Assembly: GCA_965662845.1 (NCBI GenBank)
Contig: CBFIJD010000011.1
Span: 1 to 64,000, forward strand
From: an uncultured bacterium
Lineage (GTDB): Bacteria; SAR324; NAC60-12
Direction: 5' to 3'
DNA: 64,000 bases
In this document: positions 33,092 through 44,144 of the stretch, one piece after another
Layout: each line of letters begins with the position of its first letter
Position numbering within the stretch: the first letter of the stretch is position 1
Notes under the pieces: generated by a model
The model's input: the letters and a program-made list of their open reading frames with translations, nothing else
Databases searched by the model: none
Told to the model about the DNA's origin: nothing
Made by a program: the position numbers and the translations under genes

Positions 33092-34024
33092 TCAATCAAT
33101 TTTAGCGAAATTTCGCTGGCAGAAAGATTCCGCTTTTTCAATTGCCGAACTTTGCTGGTCTCGAGAGATCCACTGGATGTGTGCCTCTTTGCGAAACCAC
33201 GTGAGTTGGCGCTTGGCAAAGTTGCGGGTCTTTTGTTGGATGAGAGCGCGGGTTTCGTCGTAAGAGCAAACGCCATCGAGGTATTGATGAATCTGCGCGT
33301 AGCCCAGAGCCTGCATGGGCAAGAGGCTTTTGTCGTAGCGTTCGCGCAGCTGGGACACCTCCTCAATCCAACCGTGTTGCAACATTTTCTCTGTCCGAAG
33401 ATTGATGCGCTCATAAAGCACAGCGCGTTCCTCGGTGTATGCGAAAATCAACGCGGGGAAGCGAGGTCGTGAAAAATCCTGCATTTTTTGCAGTTGACTC
33501 ATCATTTTTCCGCTGGCAGCGAAGATTTCCAGCGCGCGTGTGACGCGGTGCGTATCGTTGGGGTGCAGGCGCTGCGCGGTCTGGGGGTCAATTTTCTGCA
33601 ATTCTTCAAAACAGTGCTGGGACCCCTTTTCTGCGCACTGCTGGAGAATGGTCTGTCGGATGTGTGCCGGAACCTGGGGCATTTCATCTAGACCATACAC
33701 GACAGCCCGGTAATATAGCCCCGAACCTCCAACGAGGACGGGCATGCGTTGACGCTGCCAAATTTGCCGAAGCGTGGTCTCAGCGTCCCGAGCGTACTGA
33801 CCCGCCGAGTAAGACTGGTCGGGGTACACAAGGTCAATCTGATGGTGCGGGACGAGAGACTGTTCCGCAGGGGTGGGCTTCGCCGTGCCGATGTCCATGC
33901 CTATGTAGACCTGCATCGAATCTGTGCAGACGATCTCTCCCCCAATGCGCTGGGCGACTGCAAGAGCTAAGTCACTCTTACCGCTGGCTGTTGGGCCTGT
34001 GATGATAATGGCTGGCGGAAGCAA
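33092..34024 (-). CDS. miaA: tRNA dimethylallyltransferase
   Basis: GPTASGKS, DSMQVY, DIGTAKP, GGSGLY, AKRQLTWF; TTG start. Confidence 0.95.
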   Translation of the reverse strand: MLPPAIIITGPTASGKSDLALAVAQRIGGEIVCTDSMQVYIGMDIGTAKPTPAEQSLVPHHQIDLVYPDQSYSAGQYARDAETTLRQIWQRQRMPVLVGGSGLYYRAVVYGLDEMPQVPAHIRQTILQQCAEKGSQHCFEELQKIDPQTAQRLHPNDTHRVTRALEIFAASGKMMSQLQKMQDFSRPRFPALIFAYTEERAVLYERINLRTEKMLQHGWIEEVSQLRERYDKSLLPMQALGYAQIHQYLDGVCSYDETRALIQQKTRNFAKRQLTWFRKEAHIQWISRDQQSSAIEKAESFCQRNFAKID

Positions 34025-34042
34025 AAAAGATTGAAGGAAAAG

Positions 34043-34070
34043 TTGTCAAGAACCAAAAATCTGATATATT
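34043..34070 (+). promoter_or_regulatory. Candidate sigma70 promoter of rpsU
   Basis: TTGTCA-N16-TATATT with an extended TG. Confidence 0.55.
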
Positions 34071-34121
34071 GGCGAATTTTTTTCACCAAGTCTAACTCAG
34101 AAGATTTAACCGACGAGAAGA

Positions 34122-34340
34122 ATGCCAATATCTATTGAAGTGAAGGACGGAAACGTATCGAAGTCCATGATGCAACTCAAGCGCACCTTGATCCGCGAGG
34201 GGCTGTTCAAAGAATTGAAGAAGCGAAAACACTACATGAAGCCCTCTGTCGCCAAGCGAATCAAGCGCGAAGCCGCCGAAAAGCAGCGGAACAAAGACCT
34301 CAAGCGTGAACTCCGCGCCGCACAGAAAGCGGACTTCTAA
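34122..34340 (+). CDS. rpsU: 30S ribosomal protein S21
   Basis: LKRTLIREGLFKELKKRKHYMKPS; basic, 72 aa. Confidence 0.92.
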   Translation: MPISIEVKDGNVSKSMMQLKRTLIREGLFKELKKRKHYMKPSVAKRIKREAAEKQRNKDLKRELRAAQKADF

Positions 34341-34513
34341 GGCCACCTCACTCGGAGCGCTGGCCAACGCAGCCCTAGCGCTCTCCTCCCCCACACGTCC
34401 TGCGCAACACTCTGCAAAATCTGCGCGACGCGCTCTCTGAAAGCCCCTTGCGGTTTGGTCCCACACTTCTGATACTATTTCGAGTTAACCAAACTCAAAC
34501 ATAAGGGTCCTCC

Positions 34514-35083
34514 ATGCGTTTGCTATTCATCTCACTATTGTTGGTGCTCGGCACAACGACTGCGACCGCAGAGAAGCTAGACGTTTATGACACCTTGGGA
34601 GGGGACTTTTCGCTGCGCAGTACGCTCGGCAAAGAGGCTGGCCCCCAAGATTTCCGTGGGAAAGTCTTGCTGCTGTTCTTTGGCTACTTGTCTTGCCCTG
34701 ACATTTGCCCCGTCTCTATGGCAACGATCCGTGATGCCCTAAGCCAACTTCCAGAGTCGGAAGCCGCACAAGTGCAACCGATGTTTGTCTCGGTCGACCC
34801 CGAGCGTGACAGAGTGGACGCGCTTCGCGAGTTTGTGACGTATTTCCACCCCAACTTCGTCGGGTTCACGGGAGAGCACGAGAAACTTCGCCGCATCATC
34901 CGCATGTATGGCGGAGCTTACATGAAAGATACTCGGACAAAGACAGACTCTGGCTATCTCGTGGCTCACTCCGGCTATGTGTATCTGATGGATCAGAAAG
35001 GCCAAATCCGCGCGCTGTACAAAACAGACACCAGCGCCGACACGATGGCCGAAGGCATCCGAACCCTCCTGAACGAATCCTAA
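34514..35083 (+). CDS. SCO1/SenC copper chaperone
   Basis: FFGYLSCPDICP, VSVDPERD, conserved His (VAHS). Confidence 0.93.
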   Translation: MRLLFISLLLVLGTTTATAEKLDVYDTLGGDFSLRSTLGKEAGPQDFRGKVLLLFFGYLSCPDICPVSMATIRDALSQLPESEAAQVQPMFVSVDPERDRVDALREFVTYFHPNFVGFTGEHEKLRRIIRMYGGAYMKDTRTKTDSGYLVAHSGYVYLMDQKGQIRALYKTDTSADTMAEGIRTLLNES

Positions 35084-35084
35084 C

Positions 35085-36122
35085 ATGAGCGTCCCTCGCA
35101 AGGCTTTTATGTGGGTTGCTGTCGGAGTCCTCACCGTTTGGGCGGTGTATATCGGAAACAACCTGGTGAACCCCAATCAACTCGACAAAACCGTCCACAT
35201 CGAACCTAAGTCGCTTCATGAGGAGTGCATCCAACTTCATCCCGACCAAAAGTTAAACTTAGAGTTTACCGCAGCCTCGGCAGTGCAATTCGACATTCAC
35301 TCTCACCCCAGCGGCGCTGTGCGGTATTATCTCTTTGAAGCCGAAGTCACTCAGCAGAAGCGGGCCTTTCAGCCGGATGCAGAAGGACTCTACTGCGCGC
35401 TGTGGGAAAATAAGTCCTCTGCTGAAGTCCAACTCAGCTACCAGTGGCAGCGTGTTGCGGCAGACCCAACCGCCGACTATGTGAGGGTGAGCGCCTACTT
35501 TCGGGTTCCAGAAAACCAACGACAAATCAACGTGGTCGACGCGGCAAACTCTGAAGTGCTCCACACGCTGCCCTTCGCAGAGAAGATCCTGAATTTTGCG
35601 CTCAACCAGCAAAACGACCAACTGGCGGTGTTGACCGCCGGAGAGCTGCAAATGGTAGATGTGCGTTCGGGAGCAACGCAGAAGCGCATCCCCTTCGACG
35701 CGGTGCCGCGCTTTTTGGCATTCTCAGCCGACAATCGCTTTTTGGCGTTGGCAGATGAACATGAAGCTCAAGTCAGTGTTTTGAACTTGGAGACCCTAGA
35801 GACTTCTACGATCGAACTCACAGCGGTGCCGCAGTCTGTGCGAAGAGACGAACAGAGTGAGCAAGAGGGCCACTTTTTAGTACGCACCGAGGATGAAATC
35901 TTTCGCTTGCAGTTCAATCCCCTGCAGCTGGTAGAGCGCAACGCGAAAATTCCGATCGATTTTGGCGGCGAGGTCCAAATGGTCGACCCCAACGCGTGGT
36001 GCTTTGTACACGGCGTTCCCCACCCTCTCTATGCCCCGATTCCGCCAGCTATGAGCGAGACAGGGCTCCCTGGCTACTGGTTCCAACCCGCCTCCCTGAC
36101 AGCCAACCTCGAACGCCCATGA
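35085..36122 (+). CDS. Membrane-anchored GOLD-like plus partial beta-propeller hypothetical protein
   Basis: N-terminal TM; HEEC, FDIHSH, YCALWEN; YVTN/WD-like blades (FLAFSADNRFL); C-terminal WCFVHGVPHP. Confidence 0.5.
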   Translation: MSVPRKAFMWVAVGVLTVWAVYIGNNLVNPNQLDKTVHIEPKSLHEECIQLHPDQKLNLEFTAASAVQFDIHSHPSGAVRYYLFEAEVTQQKRAFQPDAEGLYCALWENKSSAEVQLSYQWQRVAADPTADYVRVSAYFRVPENQRQINVVDAANSEVLHTLPFAEKILNFALNQQNDQLAVLTAGELQMVDVRSGATQKRIPFDAVPRFLAFSADNRFLALADEHEAQVSVLNLETLETSTIELTAVPQSVRRDEQSEQEGHFLVRTEDEIFRLQFNPLQLVERNAKIPIDFGGEVQMVDPNAWCFVHGVPHPLYAPIPPAMSETGLPGYWFQPASLTANLERP

Positions 36123-37690
36123 TTGAGATCTCCAATCTGCGGGTGCGTTTCGTTCAAGGCGACCGTGTGACTCCAGCCGTGAACGGCCTCTCCTTTTCGA
36201 TCCCTGCCCAACAAACCATCGCCCTCGTCGGAGAGAGCGGGTCCGGCAAGTCGGTCACTGCCCACGCCATGCTCCGTCTGCTCCCCCCGCAAGCCGAAAT
36301 TGAGGGCGCCATCCACATGAAGGGCGAAGATCTGCTGACCGTTTCGGAGAGGCGGATGCGGCAAATTCGTGGTGAAGAAATCGGGATGATCTTTCAAGAA
36401 CCGATGTCGTCACTGAACCCGCTGCACCCGATCGGGAAACAGATCAGCGAAGCGGTGCTGTGGCACCAAGGTGTCAGCCAGGCAGAGGCAGAACGGCTCG
36501 CGCTCGAGTGGTTGGAGCGCGTCGAAATCCCAGACCCCAAACGACGTCTGCACTCTTACCCGCACGAACTCTCAGGAGGGCAGCGGCAACGGGTGATGAT
36601 CGCGATGGCGCTGGTCAATCGCCCACGGTTGTTGATCGCCGATGAACCGACCACCGCCCTCGATGTGACGATTCAGGCGCAGATCTTACGTCTCTTGCGC
36701 GAGCTGCAACGCGAACTCGACATGTCAGTGCTACTGATTACGCATGATCTGGGCGTGGTTCGGCATTTCTCAGATCGTGTGGTGGTGTTGTTTCGGGGAG
36801 ATTTGCAGGAAGAAAATGCCACGTCCGCGCTGTTTGCGGAGCCTCAACGAGACTATACGCGGGAGCTGCTGAACTCTGAGCCTCAAGGGGAGCCGGTGCC
36901 TTTGGCTGAAAACGCGGAGACGTTGTTGGAAGCAGAGGAGGTCAAAGTTTGGTTCCCCATCAAAAAAGGCTTGTTGCAGAGCACCGTTGGACACGTGAAA
37001 GCAGTAGACGGAGTCTCTTTTACGCTACGGGAAGGGGAGGCGCTCGGTGTGGTCGGGGAGAGTGGCTCTGGGAAGTCTACGCTGGGGATGGCGCTGTTGC
37101 GTCTGGTTGACAGCTCGGGCTCCATGCGCCTGCAAGGGCAGGAGCTTCAAGGCCTGGGGCGGACGGAGATGCGTCCGTATCGGCGCTTGTTGCAAGTGGT
37201 GTTTCAAGATCCTTTTGGCAGCCTGAGCCCGCGCCTGTCGGTTGGAGAGATCATCGCAGAAGGGCTGCGCTTGCATCACTCCGCCTCGCCCGAGGAATTG
37301 GAGCAGCGAGTCGTGCAGGCTCTCGACGATGTGGGTTTGCAACCGGAAATGCGCTTTCGTTATCCCCACGAGTTCTCTGGCGGACAGCGCCAACGCATCG
37401 CGATCGCACGCGCTCTCATCCTACAGCCTCGTTTTGTTTTGCTGGATGAACCAACTTCTTCGCTAGATCGTTCGGTGCAGGCGCAGGTGCTGCATTTGCT
37501 CCGATCCTTACAAGAACGTTACAAATTGACCTACCTCTTCATTTCCCATGATCTCAAAGTAGTCCGGACGCTTTGTCACACAATTTTGGTGATGAAAGAA
37601 GGGAAGGTTGTGGAAGCGGGCCCCGCTCATGAAGTGTTGGAGCGGCCGCGCAACGAATACACCAAATTGCTGCTGGAAGCTGCGGTGTAA
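36119..37690 (+). CDS. Dual-domain peptide ABC transporter ATPase (YejF-like)
   Basis: Two GESGSGKS motifs, [12 protein letters not shown] and [16 protein letters not shown] overlap with the upstream gene. Confidence 0.92.
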   Translation: MIEISNLRVRFVQGDRVTPAVNGLSFSIPAQQTIALVGESGSGKSVTAHAMLRLLPPQAEIEGAIHMKGEDLLTVSERRMRQIRGEEIGMIFQEPMSSLNPLHPIGKQISEAVLWHQGVSQAEAERLALEWLERVEIPDPKRRLHSYPHELSGGQRQRVMIAMALVNRPRLLIADEPTTALDVTIQAQILRLLRELQRELDMSVLLITHDLGVVRHFSDRVVVLFRGDLQEENATSALFAEPQRDYTRELLNSEPQGEPVPLAENAETLLEAEEVKVWFPIKKGLLQSTVGHVKAVDGVSFTLREGEALGVVGESGSGKSTLGMALLRLVDSSGSMRLQGQELQGLGRTEMRPYRRLLQVVFQDPFGSLSPRLSVGEIIAEGLRLHHSASPEELEQRVVQALDDVGLQPEMRFRYPHEFSGGQRQRIAIARALILQPRFVLLDEPTSSLDRSVQAQVLHLLRSLQERYKLTYLFISHDLKVVRTLCHTILVMKEGKVVEAGPAHEVLERPRNEYTKLLLEAAV

Positions 37691-37711
37691 CTCCTCTTTT
37701 GAAGAGCCACG

Positions 37712-38785
37712 ATGGCAGCAGAAAACGACGGTCAGGAGAAAACCGAGGCCCCGACGGAGCGCAAGCGGGAGAAGTCTCGCGAAGAAGGACAAGTTGCGTT
37801 CAGTCGGGAGTTGCCCTCTGCGGCCTTGTTAGCCGCCGCAGCGGTGACCTTTGCCGTGACAGGCGGGGCCTTGCTGCAGGCGAGCGAGGCGCTCTTTGCC
37901 GACATCTTCCGCAATTTGGTCTTGCCGGAAGATATGACGATCAACACTCTCTACAACCTGTTGCGCACCTCTCTCGCCACCGTCATCGTGCCCCTCATTC
38001 CATTTGGTGCTCTGATCATCGTCGTTGGGATCTTCTCTTCCGTACTGCAAGTTGGGTTTCGGCTCACCCCCAAAGCCATCGCTCCCAAATTTAGCAAGCT
38101 CAGCCCTGCCCAAGGGCTCAAGCGCATCTTTGGCACACAGGGGCTCGTGGAGCTGCTGAAGAGCATGGCGAAGCTCATCATCATCGGCTTCATCGGCTTC
38201 ATGATGTACCGCGATGAAATGCTGAGAATTAACAGCCTAGCGGTGACCTCACCAGAAAATGTGGTGATTTACAGTTTTGAAACGATTGCCGATATCACGC
38301 TGCAAATGGTTTTGGCGCTAGTGGCGATCGCGCTGTTCGATTTTTTCTATCAGCGCTGGAAGCACGAGCAAGACCTGCGCATGACCAAGCAAGAGGTCAA
38401 AGACGAGAACAAGCAGACGGAGGGCGACCCGCAGCTCAAATCGCGCATTCGCCAGATTCAGCGTGAAATGTCTAACGCGCGGATGATGCAAGAAGTCCCC
38501 AAAGCGGACGCCGTCGTCGTCAATCCAACGCACTTTGCGGTCGCGATCAAATATGATCGAGAGACCATGGCGGCCCCTGAGGTGATCGCCAAGGGGATCG
38601 ATTACATGGCGTTACGGATCAAGAAAGTGGCGAAAGAGCATGACGTCGCTGTGTTAGAGCGACCACAACTAGCGCGGGAGATGTACGCTGCGATCGAGAT
38701 CGGTCAACCCATCCCAGAGCGCTTCTTCAAAGCAGTTGCAGAAATTCTTGCCTATGTTTATCGTCTCCGCAAAAAGAAGAAATGA
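37712..38785 (+). CDS. flhB: Flagellar export protein FlhB
   Basis: EKTEAPT, MTKQEVKDE, EGDP, NPTH autocleavage site. Confidence 0.97.
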   Translation: MAAENDGQEKTEAPTERKREKSREEGQVAFSRELPSAALLAAAAVTFAVTGGALLQASEALFADIFRNLVLPEDMTINTLYNLLRTSLATVIVPLIPFGALIIVVGIFSSVLQVGFRLTPKAIAPKFSKLSPAQGLKRIFGTQGLVELLKSMAKLIIIGFIGFMMYRDEMLRINSLAVTSPENVVIYSFETIADITLQMVLALVAIALFDFFYQRWKHEQDLRMTKQEVKDENKQTEGDPQLKSRIRQIQREMSNARMMQEVPKADAVVVNPTHFAVAIKYDRETMAAPEVIAKGIDYMALRIKKVAKEHDVAVLERPQLAREMYAAIEIGQPIPERFFKAVAEILAYVYRLRKKKK

Positions 38786-38835
38786 GTTTGACTTGCCATT
38801 TGCTCAGCATTTTTGTCGCGAGCGGGCCTTCATTT

Positions 38836-38851
38836 TGGGGTGAACTTTGCA
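38836..38851 (+). promoter_or_regulatory. Candidate sigma54 (-24/-12) promoter upstream of flhA
   Basis: TGGGGTGAACTTTGCA has GG-N10-GC with TTGCA. Confidence 0.35.
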
Positions 38852-38933
38852 AGTTGCCGACGGTATAAAACCGTCCTAGCAAAGCGCGACACGCACGAGC
38901 ACTCAACACAATCCTCTTCTCCAAAACAGACTT

Positions 38934-41030
38934 GTGGCCGCAGGAAGCAATTCCCTCTCTGTAAATAATTTGGCGCGCAACTCCGATATCCTGCTCGCGG
39001 CAGGAGTGATCGGCATGCTGATGATCATCGTGGTGCCGCTGCCTGAGATCATCCTTGATCTGTTGCTGGCAATGAGCATCACGTTGGGATTGCTGATCCT
39101 CTTCGTCTCTCTCTTCACGGCCAACGCGCTAGAGTTCTCCTCGTTTCCCACGGTCTTACTGATCTCCACGCTGTTTAGGCTCTCTCTGAATATCGCGTCA
39201 ACTCGTCTCATTTTGTTAAATGGGAATAAAGGATTAGATGCGGCTGGTTCGGTGATTAAATCGTTCGGGGAGTTTGTGGTCGGGGGCAATCAGATTGTCG
39301 GGATTATCATCTTTTTGATCTTGGTCATCATCAACTTCGTCGTGATTACCAAAGGAGCGACGCGTATCGCCGAGGTCGCCGCGCGTTTCACCTTGGACGC
39401 CATGCCTGGTAAGCAGATGGCGATTGATGCGGACTTGAACGCGGGGTTGATTGATGAGACACAGGCGCGCAACCGTCGACAGACGATCCAGCGTGAATCC
39501 GATTTTTACGGGGCGATGGACGGGGCGAGTAAGTTCGTGCGTGGGGACGCGATTGCGGGCTTGATCATTACGTTCATCAATATTCTCGGCGGGCTGCTGG
39601 TTGGGATCACGCAGTATGGGATGACCTCTGGAGACGCGTTCGAGACGTACTCGATTTTAACGATTGGGGATGGCTTGGTCTCGCAGATCCCATCCCTGAT
39701 CATTTCGATCGCGGCGGGTATCGCGGTCACCAAAGCTTCTGCTGAGAACAAGCTCTCTGTTGACCTCTCTGAGCAAATTTTTCGCAACACCCAAGCGCTT
39801 TATGTCTCCTCTGCGATCTTGGTCGCCTTTGGCCTGATCCCTGGGCTGCCGACCGTCCCATTCTTGTTGTTATCTGCCATGACCTTCGGGCTGGCCTATG
39901 CCGCGAAACAGAGCGCCGCGCGCTTGGCGATCGCGGAACAAGAAGCGACGCAAATTCAACTGCAACAGGAGATTGAAGAAGAGCCGGAGAACATCGAATC
40001 GCTGCTGCCGATTGACTTGCTGGGCTTGGAGTTGGGATATGGGCTCATCCCGCTGGTAGATGAAGAACAAGACGGAGAGTTGTTAAAGCGCATCAAAGCG
40101 ATCCGACGTCAAATGGCGACTGATTATGGGTATGTGGTGCCGCCGATGCACATCAAGGATAACCTTGAGCTGTCACCCGGCGAATACTCCATCACGATTA
40201 AGGGCATTGAGGTTGCGCGAGCAGAGCTGATGGTGGGACATTTTCTAGCGATGAAGACTGGAGATGTGGACGAAGACATCCACGGGGTAGACACTGTGGA
40301 GCCCGCGTTTGGCTTGCCTGCGATCTGGATCTCTGCTGATGACGAAGAACGCGCCCAATTTGCAGGATACACGGTTGTTGATCTACCAACCGTGCTGGCC
40401 ACCCACATTACGGAAGTGCTCAAAAACCACGCCCATGAGTTCTTGGGGCGCCAGGAAACTCAGAAATTGTTGGATACTTTTGGGCAATCCAATCCCAAGG
40501 TCGTGGAAGAATTGGTGCCTGGACAACTCAACCTTGGGGTCGTCCAGAAGGTCTTGCAGAATCTCTTGCGCGAGCAAGTCTCGATTCGCGATTTGCACAC
40601 GGTCTTGGAGACCCTCGCGGATGTCTCCAACTTAACCAAAGACCCCGACTTGCTCACAGAGCATGTGCGTCAGGCCCTGTCGCGTCAACTAACACGCCAG
40701 TATCAAACCCCTGACGGCACCCTGCCGCTGATCACGATGAGCCAAGAGCTCGAAAATCAAATCGCCTCTGCTATCCAAGATACTGGCCATGGCACCTATC
40801 TTGGGCTGAACCCAAACATGGCCCAGTTGATCATCAACAGCACCGAGGCGCTGATCGAGCAGTTCGAGATCAACAATTACCAACCTGTCTTGCTTTGTTC
40901 GCCGCTGATTCGACCACACGTCAAGAAATTGCTCGAACGCTTCATCCCGAACCTTGTCGTGCTCTCGCACAATGAAGTTTCGCCAGATGTGCGCATCGAA
41001 GCCCTTGGCGTCGTGGAACTGAATACCTAA
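38934..41030 (+). CDS. flhA: Flagellar export protein FlhA
   Basis: RIAEVAARFTLDAMPGKQMAIDADL, FYGAMDGASKFVRGDA. Confidence 0.98.
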   Translation: MAAGSNSLSVNNLARNSDILLAAGVIGMLMIIVVPLPEIILDLLLAMSITLGLLILFVSLFTANALEFSSFPTVLLISTLFRLSLNIASTRLILLNGNKGLDAAGSVIKSFGEFVVGGNQIVGIIIFLILVIINFVVITKGATRIAEVAARFTLDAMPGKQMAIDADLNAGLIDETQARNRRQTIQRESDFYGAMDGASKFVRGDAIAGLIITFINILGGLLVGITQYGMTSGDAFETYSILTIGDGLVSQIPSLIISIAAGIAVTKASAENKLSVDLSEQIFRNTQALYVSSAILVAFGLIPGLPTVPFLLLSAMTFGLAYAAKQSAARLAIAEQEATQIQLQQEIEEEPENIESLLPIDLLGLELGYGLIPLVDEEQDGELLKRIKAIRRQMATDYGYVVPPMHIKDNLELSPGEYSITIKGIEVARAELMVGHFLAMKTGDVDEDIHGVDTVEPAFGLPAIWISADDEERAQFAGYTVVDLPTVLATHITEVLKNHAHEFLGRQETQKLLDTFGQSNPKVVEELVPGQLNLGVVQKVLQNLLREQVSIRDLHTVLETLADVSNLTKDPDLLTEHVRQALSRQLTRQYQTPDGTLPLITMSQELENQIASAIQDTGHGTYLGLNPNMAQLIINSTEALIEQFEINNYQPVLLCSPLIRPHVKKLLERFIPNLVVLSHNEVSPDVRIEALGVVELNT

Positions 41031-41052
41031 TTTTTGACCTACCGGAAGATTC

Positions 41053-42390
41053 ATGAACCTCAAACGCTATCGCGTCCAAAACATCCAGGAAGCGCTTCAG
41101 CTCATCAAAAAAGACCTTGGCCCCGAAGCCGTAATCGTCTCCACTCGTCAAGTGAAAGAAGGCAACAAAACCTTCGGCCTCTTCGCGAAGACAATGCTTG
41201 AAGTGACCGCTGCTAAAGACGACAAAAGCTCTCCAAAACCAGCCTCAGCTGCGAACCTCACCGGCTATCGCGCAACGGTCAATGGGGCGCCTAAGCCCGA
41301 CGGTGTCACGACTCCCACAGCGACAGCAACGCAACCACCGGTGGCCAAAGCGCCTGCGTCGGCCCCTGCCGTGCACACGAACCCTTCTAGCAACCCGCTC
41401 TCTGCCGACTCACAACGGATGCTGCAGCCCCTGCGTCAAGAGATTCAGGACTTGCGCGAGATGATCCGAACGTTAGGCGATCGCTCCGCCAGCTACGAAG
41501 AGCAGACGGTCGCTCAGCTCAAGCAAGAGCTTGGGGAAATGCGCTACATGCTGCACTCGCTCGCTTCGCGCTCCTCCTTGCAAGATGATCTGCAGCTTCC
41601 AGAAAATTTGATGGTGCTCTATCAGCAGCTGCGTTTCAGCGGCATGGAAGACAAGTTTGCCAGACGCCTGATGCTGGAGGCCCAGAAGAATATTGCGGAA
41701 GAAGATCTGCAAAACTTTTCGTATGTCAAAATTTTCATTGCGCGCATGCTGATGAAAATTGTGAAGACAACGCGAGGCGTCGAGAACATTACGTCTCCAC
41801 AAAAGATTTTCTCGCTGATTGGGCCGACCGGCGTGGGCAAAACAACGACTGCGGCAAAGATCGCTTCAGAGCAATTGCTGCGCTACAAGCGCCGGGTCGC
41901 TCTCATCACGATTGATACCTTCCGCATCGCCGCCGTTGAGCAGCTGCGCACGTACGCCAAGATCATCAATGTCCCGTTGAGCATTGTTGCCGACAAAGCG
42001 GATTTAGATCGCGCGATCGCGAGCTACTCAGATTATGACGTGATCGTGATTGACACAGGGGGCTGTTCCCAGCGGGATGACGCGCAGATGTTCGAGTTGA
42101 GAGAAATGTTCGACGAGCGCGGGCGTCTGCACAACATCTTAGTGCTGAGCACAACGACCAAAGACAGCGACATGAATGAGATCACGCGGCGCTTTGGCAT
42201 CATCCCCATCGACGGCGTGATCTTCACGAAACTTGACGAGAGTTCATCTTATGGCTCGATCTTCAATCATTCGATCCGCTTCAAAAAACCAATCTCTTTT
42301 CTAACGACTGGCCAAAAAGTACCCGAAGATATTGAGGTCGCGACCAAAGAGAGGTTAGTTGACTTGATGCTGAACATTTCTGGCAACTGA
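41053..42390 (+). CDS. flhF: Flagellar SRP-type GTPase FlhF
   Basis: GPTGVGKTTT, DTFRIAAVEQL, DTGG, TKLDE, GQKVPEDI. Confidence 0.96.
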   Translation: MNLKRYRVQNIQEALQLIKKDLGPEAVIVSTRQVKEGNKTFGLFAKTMLEVTAAKDDKSSPKPASAANLTGYRATVNGAPKPDGVTTPTATATQPPVAKAPASAPAVHTNPSSNPLSADSQRMLQPLRQEIQDLREMIRTLGDRSASYEEQTVAQLKQELGEMRYMLHSLASRSSLQDDLQLPENLMVLYQQLRFSGMEDKFARRLMLEAQKNIAEEDLQNFSYVKIFIARMLMKIVKTTRGVENITSPQKIFSLIGPTGVGKTTTAAKIASEQLLRYKRRVALITIDTFRIAAVEQLRTYAKIINVPLSIVADKADLDRAIASYSDYDVIVIDTGGCSQRDDAQMFELREMFDERGRLHNILVLSTTTKDSDMNEITRRFGIIPIDGVIFTKLDESSSYGSIFNHSIRFKKPISFLTTGQKVPEDIEVATKERLVDLMLNISGN

Positions 42391-42414
42391 CGCACTCCAT
42401 CGTAAACACACTCC

Positions 42415-43302
42415 ATGAACGATCAGGCAAGTTCCTTGCGACGCATTGTGGGAGAAACAACGACCGCGTCCGCTTCGACGCGGGTGCGTGTGATGTGCAT
42501 CACCAGCGGCAAAGGGGGGGTCGGTAAAACCAACATCTCCATCAATCTCGCGATTGCGCTCGCTTCGCTCAATCGTCGTGTTTTCCTGTTAGACGCCGAC
42601 CTAGGCTTGGCAAATGTCGATGTATTGCTAAACCTCACTCCGATGTACACGATGGAACACGTGATGTCGGGCGAGAAGGGAATCAACGACATCATCTTGG
42701 ATGGACCGGGCAACATCAAAATTCTGCCCTCCAGCTCCGGGGTGGTGGAAATGACAGAGCTTGACCGCGAGCAGCAGGTTCATTTGTTCCGCAAGTTGGG
42801 AGAAATTGAGCGCGAAATTGACTATCTGATCATTGACACCGGCGCCGGCATTGCTCCCCATACGCTGCGCTTTGTGGCCAATTCGGACGAGATTTTGATT
42901 GTGGCAACTCCAGAGCCCTCGTCGATGACAGACGCCTATTCTTTGATCAAAATCATGATCACTCGCTATCAAATCACTCGCTTCCGCGTCATCTCGAACA
43001 ACGTGGTCTCCGCCGCGGAAGGTCGCCAAGTCTATGAACGGCTCCAAAAGGTGACGCGAGACTTCTTGAAAACCGAGATTGACTATGTGGGCTATGTGTT
43101 GAAAGACCCCCTGCTGGTGAAATCAGTCAGGGCACAACGTCCGTTGCTGGAAGCTTATCCTGACGCCCCCGCTGCTCGATGTATCATGGCGCTGGCGCGG
43201 TATTTGGAACATTTGGAAGTCCCCGACGTCGAGAGCTTAGCCTCGAAAACCGGGGCTCGCCGCAGCTTTTGGGAGCGCCTAGTGCGCTGGCAGCGCAAAT
43301 GA
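42415..43302 (+). CDS. flhG: Flagellar number regulator FlhG/FleN (MinD-like)
   Basis: N-terminal DQAxxLR, SGKGGVGKT, DADLGLANVD, TPEPSSMTDAY. Confidence 0.95.
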   Translation: MNDQASSLRRIVGETTTASASTRVRVMCITSGKGGVGKTNISINLAIALASLNRRVFLLDADLGLANVDVLLNLTPMYTMEHVMSGEKGINDIILDGPGNIKILPSSSGVVEMTELDREQQVHLFRKLGEIEREIDYLIIDTGAGIAPHTLRFVANSDEILIVATPEPSSMTDAYSLIKIMITRYQITRFRVISNNVVSAAEGRQVYERLQKVTRDFLKTEIDYVGYVLKDPLLVKSVRAQRPLLEAYPDAPAARCIMALARYLEHLEVPDVESLASKTGARRSFWERLVRWQRK

Positions 43303-43348
43303 ACGAACTCTGCAAGGAAGCAGAGCCCACGAATTTTCGAGATCGCAC

Positions 43349-44122
43349 ATGCTAAGGACTGCTGTGAAATCTAACCCCTACGCCGACAAATCGCAGCAAA
43401 CACGCGAACAACTTGTGTTGAAATATGCACCGCTGTTGAAGCGCATCGTGAGCCGGATGGCTGCTCGTTTTCCCCCTGAGGTGGATCACGAAGAAGTCTA
43501 CCAAGCTGGCATGATCGGACTCCTCGATGCGGTCGATAAATATGACCCTAGCAAAGACACGCAGTTCCAGACCTATGCGGAATATCGCATCAAAGGCAGC
43601 ATTCTAGACGAACTGCGCGCGTTAGACTGGGTCCCCCGCAGTGTGCGCTCGGCAGCAACCGAGTGGGAAAAAACATGGAATGAACAGTGTAGTACCTTGG
43701 GAAGAGAGCCTACTGATCAAGAAATGGCGGGAAAGCTTGATCTGAATTTGAGCGATTATCACGACTTTGTGAGCCACGCGAGCCCGCTCTCTTTGGTTTC
43801 TATTGACAATTTAGGTGGAGGCGGTGACGAAGGTGATGAAGGCCAAAGCCTGCTGGATGTGCTGCGAGATCCCGACGGTTCCGACCCGTTCTCCGAGCTG
43901 TCGATGCACCACCTCAAAACGCGCCTTCAAGATGCCATTGAAGAGCTGACAGAGAGAGAACAGACGATCCTCTCTCTCTATTACATCGAAGAGTTAAATA
44001 TGAAGGAAATTGCCGCCGTTTTAGGAGTTGGCGAAGCCCGTGTTTCACAGATCCACACGAAAATTATTTTGAAATTACGAGCGAAATTGAGAAGAGTGCT
44101 GGAAGTAGAAAAAGCAGCCTAA
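43349..44122 (+). CDS. fliA: RNA polymerase sigma-28
   Basis: FQTYAEYRIKGSILDELRALDWVPRS; region 4 EIAAVLGVGEARVSQIH. Confidence 0.96.
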   Translation: MLRTAVKSNPYADKSQQTREQLVLKYAPLLKRIVSRMAARFPPEVDHEEVYQAGMIGLLDAVDKYDPSKDTQFQTYAEYRIKGSILDELRALDWVPRSVRSAATEWEKTWNEQCSTLGREPTDQEMAGKLDLNLSDYHDFVSHASPLSLVSIDNLGGGGDEGDEGQSLLDVLRDPDGSDPFSELSMHHLKTRLQDAIEELTEREQTILSLYYIEELNMKEIAAVLGVGEARVSQIHTKIILKLRAKLRRVLEVEKAA

Positions 44123-44144
44123 CTTAACCAGCAACGAGGCCACT

